Origin: Octopus sinensis
Lineage: Eukaryota
Length of the DNA stretch: 64,000 nucleotides
Direction: 5' to 3'
Assembly: GCF_006345805.1 (NCBI RefSeq)
Contig: NC_042997.1
Coordinates: 140,678,001 to 140,742,000, forward strand
Below, one piece after another: positions 59,825 to 64,000 of this stretch. Under the pieces are notes generated by a model that saw only the letters and a program-made list of their open reading frames with translations, was not told the DNA's origin and did not search any database. How positions within the stretch are numbered: the first letter of the stretch is position 1; each line of letters opens with the position of its first letter. The position numbers and the translations under genes are program-made.

Positions 59825-61741
59825 TTTTTTTTTTTTTCTAGGTCTAGTCCGGCTGTTGTATTTTATTTCCTGTAACATTTCTTGCTGTGGCTGTGTAGTC
59901 CTATCCTGGACAAACACTCCCTCTGGCAGGTACTGCAAATGTAGCGAAGACTGTTCCTGGCTGATTGTAGTGCCATGGTCTCTTGTTTATGTCTCTTCCT
60001 TTCTTTCCATTTCTCCTCTCTCCTTCTGTCACTCCTCTGTATACCCTCTTTTACTGTACGTCGCCATTCTCCACGGTTGCCGGCGACTGCCTCCCAACCG
60101 CTAATGTTGATGTTGCAGGCCTTCATATCCCTTTTGCAAACATCCTTGTAACGCAAGATCGGTCTACCCACAGACCTAGTACCCCTAGCAAGCTCTCCGT
60201 AGAGTATGTCCTTGGGGATTCTGCCATCTTTCATACGGCTAACATGCCCAAGCCATCTCATACGTCTTTGTGTGAGGAGTGCAAACATGCTTGGTATTCC
60301 TGCTTGCCTGAGGACATCTTTGTTGGGGATATGATTCTGCCATTTGATGTGGAGGATTTTTCGGAGGCAGCGCAGGTGAAAGATGTTTAGGCGACGCTCT
60401 TGGCGTGTGTATAGCGTCCAGGTCTCGCTTCCATACAGTAGAGTGCTGAGTACACATGCCTGGTAGATCTTCATTTTTGTGGTCTTGGTCAGCTTATTGT
60501 TGTCCCAAGCCCGTTTGGAGAGTTGGGCCATCGCAGCAGCTGCCTTGCCAATGTGTATATTGAGCTCAGCGTCAAGGGATAGGTTGTAGGTGACGGTAGA
60601 GCCCAGATAGGTAAACTTCTCCACCTCTTGTAATCTGTGGTCTCCAATATGTATGTTTGGGATGTCCGATGTAGCCTGGCCCATGATGTTGGTCTTCTTA
60701 AGGCTGATAGCTAAGCCAAAGTCGTTACATGCTTGCTCAAAACAGTTAATGAGCCTTTGGAGGGCTTCTTCTGTGTGTGTTACCAGAGCGGCATCATCAG
60801 CAAATAACATCTCCTTGATCAGGACGTTTCTGATTTTGGTCTTGGCACGCAGGCGCGAGAGATTGAATAGTTTCCCGTCACTTCTACTGTGCAGAAACAC
60901 TCCATCATCTGATGTCTGAAAGGCATGTGACAGCAAGAGTGAGAAGAAGATGCCAAACAATGTAGGAGCGAGGACACAGCCTTGCTTTACCCCGTTTTTT
61001 ATTTGGAAGGCGGCTGATGTTGAACTGTTGTGCTGTATGGTGCCTTGCATGTCATCATGGAAAGACTTGATGATCCTTAGCAGCTTTGGTGGACATCCGA
61101 TTTTTTGGAGCAGGAGGAAGAGGCCTGTTCTGCTTACCGAGTCAAAAGCCTTTGTTAGATCAATGAAGGCCATATATAATGGCATTTTCTGCTCTCTGGA
61201 CTTCTCCTGAAGTTGGCGTATGGAGAATATCATATCGATAGTTGATCTGCTTCTTCTAAAGCCACACTGCGATTCCGGATAGATTCGAGAAGCAAGTAGT
61301 TGTAGCCTGGCCAGGATAACGCGGGCAAAGGTCTTTCCAACAGTGCTTAGAAGGGATATACCACGGTAATTATTACAATCACCACGGTCACCTTTGTTTT
61401 TGTAGAGCGTAATGATGTTGGCATCCCACATATCCTGAGGGACTGTACCCTCTTCCCAGCACTGACACAGAAGCTCATGAAGGTGCCGAAGCAGGATGGT
61501 GTTTTTGCCGGCTTTGATGATCTCTGAGGGGATGCCGTCTTTTCCCGGAGCCTTATTTCTTGCTAGGGAGTCAACAGCCTTGGTGAGCTCTGCTATAGAT
61601 GGCGGACGGTCAAGTTCGCACATGACTGGCAAGATCTTGACACTCTCGACTGCAGCCTCAGCCACTGTGGTCTCCCGTGAGTAGAGATCCTGGTAGTGCT
61701 CCACCCATCTATCCATTTGCTTGCCTTGATCCCTGATGAAA
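59825..61741 (-). mobile_element. Young 5'-truncated RTE-clade (BovB-like) LINE with poly(A) tail
   Basis: T13 at 59825-59837; 3' end GACTAGACCTAG(A)n; uninterrupted ORF; lacks the APE domain. Confidence 0.95.
59863..61741 (-). CDS. RTE reverse transcriptase reading frame (5'-truncated; RT, thumb and C-terminal C2H2 finger)
   Basis: KAPGKDGIP, NYRGISLLS, QCGFR..RSTIDMIF, FIDLTKAFD, GVKQGCVLAP, LFADD, FTYLGS, RWLGHVSRM, CSTCQRECLSRIGLHSH. The first ~35 aa of the listed 659-aa ORF come from the flanking older element. Confidence 0.9.
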
Positions 61742-61744
61742 CAT

Positions 61745-62625
61745 AATTGTATCTTAGCACCTGCCTTTTTTAGTATCGTGTTTGCAGTCAAGTTCAGATC
61801 ACTTCCATATGGAATTGATATTAGGTACAGAGATGATGGCAAGTTGTTTAATCTTCGCAGATTGCAAGGAAAAAACTAAAGTTAGATATTTAAGTAACTG
61901 TGAAATGTTGTTTGCAGATGATTGTGGACTGCCTACGCACGATGCGTCGAGCATACCGACAGCTGTCAATCAGTTCTCAAAAGTGTGCAATAGAGAATTT
62001 TGAATATCTTGGAAGTGCACAATCCTCAAATACTTGCATTGATGCAGAAATGTAGACACGTATTAGCAAAGCCTGTATGGCTTTTTGGAAAACTGCGGCA
62101 CAGTATAGAGAGTCCAGGAATTGGCATATATACCAAAATCAAAGTTTACATGCTGTCATCCTTCTAATCCTTTTCTATAGCGTGGAAAATCACTTAGTGA
62201 ACCAGTTCTTTGCTAAATCTTGCAGTGAACCATATGTTTTGCCTGAGGAAGATGCTAAGCATAACGTACTAGGTGATAAAATAGATTCTCAAGTGTACCA
62301 AATTTTCCTGATTTGCTCAGGTCGAGCAAACACAACTGTGTTGAGCAGAACATGTTATCAAAGTGCCTGGCTGTAAACTGCCGAAAGCAATCTTCTACTC
62401 TGTAAATGAAGGGTATGTTGTTGGTACAGCACGTAAAAGCATCTGAGAGACAGATCTACGTAAAAGGAAGCTAACACCAGGGCGTTTGAATATTTACGAA
62501 TCTCTATAGCAAAAGCCAAAATGAAAGTTCGTAAATTACACCCCAACAACCTTGAACATCAGTGTGTGGTCTGTGAGAAATATTTCTCTATTAGAAATGG
62601 CCTTCTCGGTCACAGCAGAACATAC
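61745..62625 (+). mobile_element. Old RTE-clade LINE, part downstream of the nested insertion
   Basis: CILAPAFFSIVF...YRDDGKLFNLRRLQ...EMLFADD, FEYLGS, RISKA, LPKAIFY, and terminal CVVCEKYFSIRNGLLGHSR. Confidence 0.8.
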
Positions 62626-63339
62626 AAACGAGCAATCCTTTTCTGCTTTCTTCCTTTCTTCTTCTCACCACATCTCTCTCTCTCTCTCTCTCTCTCTGCC
62701 TGCCTGCCTGTCTGTCTGTTTATTTATTTATTTATTTATTATTTGCAGCTGCTTGGTCTTGGCCAAACTGATGGACGAACCATCATACATGCCTGTCTGT
62801 TTGTATGTATCTATGTATGCATGAATTTATGTTTTCTTTTTCTCGTTTGGAGTTCATTTTGACCGGCCACCTGCTTGGTAGCGAGGTTGTGAAGGAAACA
62901 TCTTGTTTTATTCACCATCCTTTAAATCGTAAAGTCATGCAGAGTCTTATTGTCCCATACATCATTTGTGGCGTTTGAATTATATAGAATTATTTATGTG
63001 TTATATTGCGCGTATGTACATACAAGCACACATAAATCTACAAAAATGCATACATACATACATACATGCATTTAAGCACTTACACAAACAAGCACGCACA
63101 TGTACATTGAAGGCGGACCTGGTGATTGAAAGCAAAATAAAATATAAAAAGATAAAAACAGATATTAAATAGATATAAAACAAAATATTTTCAGAAAAAT
63201 GGTTCAAATGTTCGGCTAGATTTAATGATAAGGTAACAGATAATTTAATAAAACAGCTATCAATTTCAGTTTCGTCCTCGATAAGGCCATGGAGACGGCT
63301 GCATGCATGGATCGGTTGGATCTCGTTCATGTTAGTTTC

Positions 63340-63968
63340 AAATTTTGGCATAAGGCCAGCAATTTCGGTGTAGGGGATAAATCGATTACATGGACCCCAG
63401 TGTTCAACTGGTACTTATTTTATAGGCCCTGATAGGATGAAAGGCAAAGTCGACCTCGGCAGAATTTGAACTTAGAACGTAAAGACGAAAGAAATACCGC
63501 TAAGGTGCAGGAGTGGCTGTGTGGTAAGTAGCTTGCTTACCAACCACATGGTTCCGGGTTCAGTCCCACTGCGTGGCATCTTGTGCAAGTGTCTTCTGCT
63601 ATAGCCCCGGGCCGACCAATGCCTTGTGAGTGGATTTGGTAGACGGAAACTGAAAGAAGCCTGTCGTATATATGTATATATATGTATGTGTTGTGTGTAT
63701 ATGTTTGTGTGTCTGTGTTTGTCCCCCTAGCATTGCTTGACAACCGATGCTGGTGTGTTTACGTCCCCGTAACTTAGCGGTTCGGCAAAAGAGACCGATA
63801 GAATAAGTACTGGGCTTACAAAGAAAAAGTCCCGGGGTCGATTTGCTTGACTAAAGGCGGTGCTCCAGCATGGCCGCAGTCAAATGACTGAAACAAGTAA
63901 AAGAGAAAAGAGAAAGAGAAAAAGCATGTTGTCCGGCAAGCTAACGATTCTGCCAGTTCGCCACCTTA
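63340..63968 (-). mobile_element. SINE family A interrupted by a family B copy
   Basis: Family A minus sequence stops at 63503 and resumes at ~63925 with its head. Confidence 0.75.
63504..63924 (+). mobile_element. SINE family B, full length, young
   Basis: A-box TGGCTGTGTGG, B-box GGTTCAGTCCC, internal TA/TG tract, tail (AAAGAG)n. Confidence 0.9.
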
Positions 63969-64000
63969 CTGGATCTCGTTCATATTGTCCATCATGGTCT

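Noticed and set aside
61742-61842. N-terminal 35 aa of the 659-aa ORF (MPSSLYLISIPYGSD...)
   Set aside because: Antisense read-through of the older plus-strand RTE; not part of the young element.

Overview
AT-rich, microsatellite- and transposon-dense animal DNA. The SINE families resemble those I recall from Octopus; this is an inference, not database-checked. Only one host gene is supportable: the last three coding exons (+ strand; 4490-4639, 9338-9515, 14413-14477) of an SLC7 heteromeric amino-acid transporter light chain, with GT-AG borders and compatible phases. The rest is mobile DNA: at least four tRNA-derived SINE families (one in fixed-junction multimers), RTE, CR1, HERO and Penelope-like retroelement pieces, two Helitrons, several Tc1/mariner/pogo relics, a Merlin element and nested MITEs. 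One RTE copy keeps an intact ~625-codon RT reading frame. The most notable non-annotated signal is a set of hammerhead-ribozyme folds from several unrelated repeat families. One is a ~99% identical 490-bp head-to-tail dimer at 47971-48914 with a type I hammerhead per unit, a retrozyme/circRNA candidate. Also notable are a tRNA-Asn-like cloverleaf at the tip of a ~400-bp foldback (7652-8048) and several long palindromes. Most ORFs in the supplied track are microsatellite artefacts. Coordinates were read by hand; borders of degenerate repeats are approximate.
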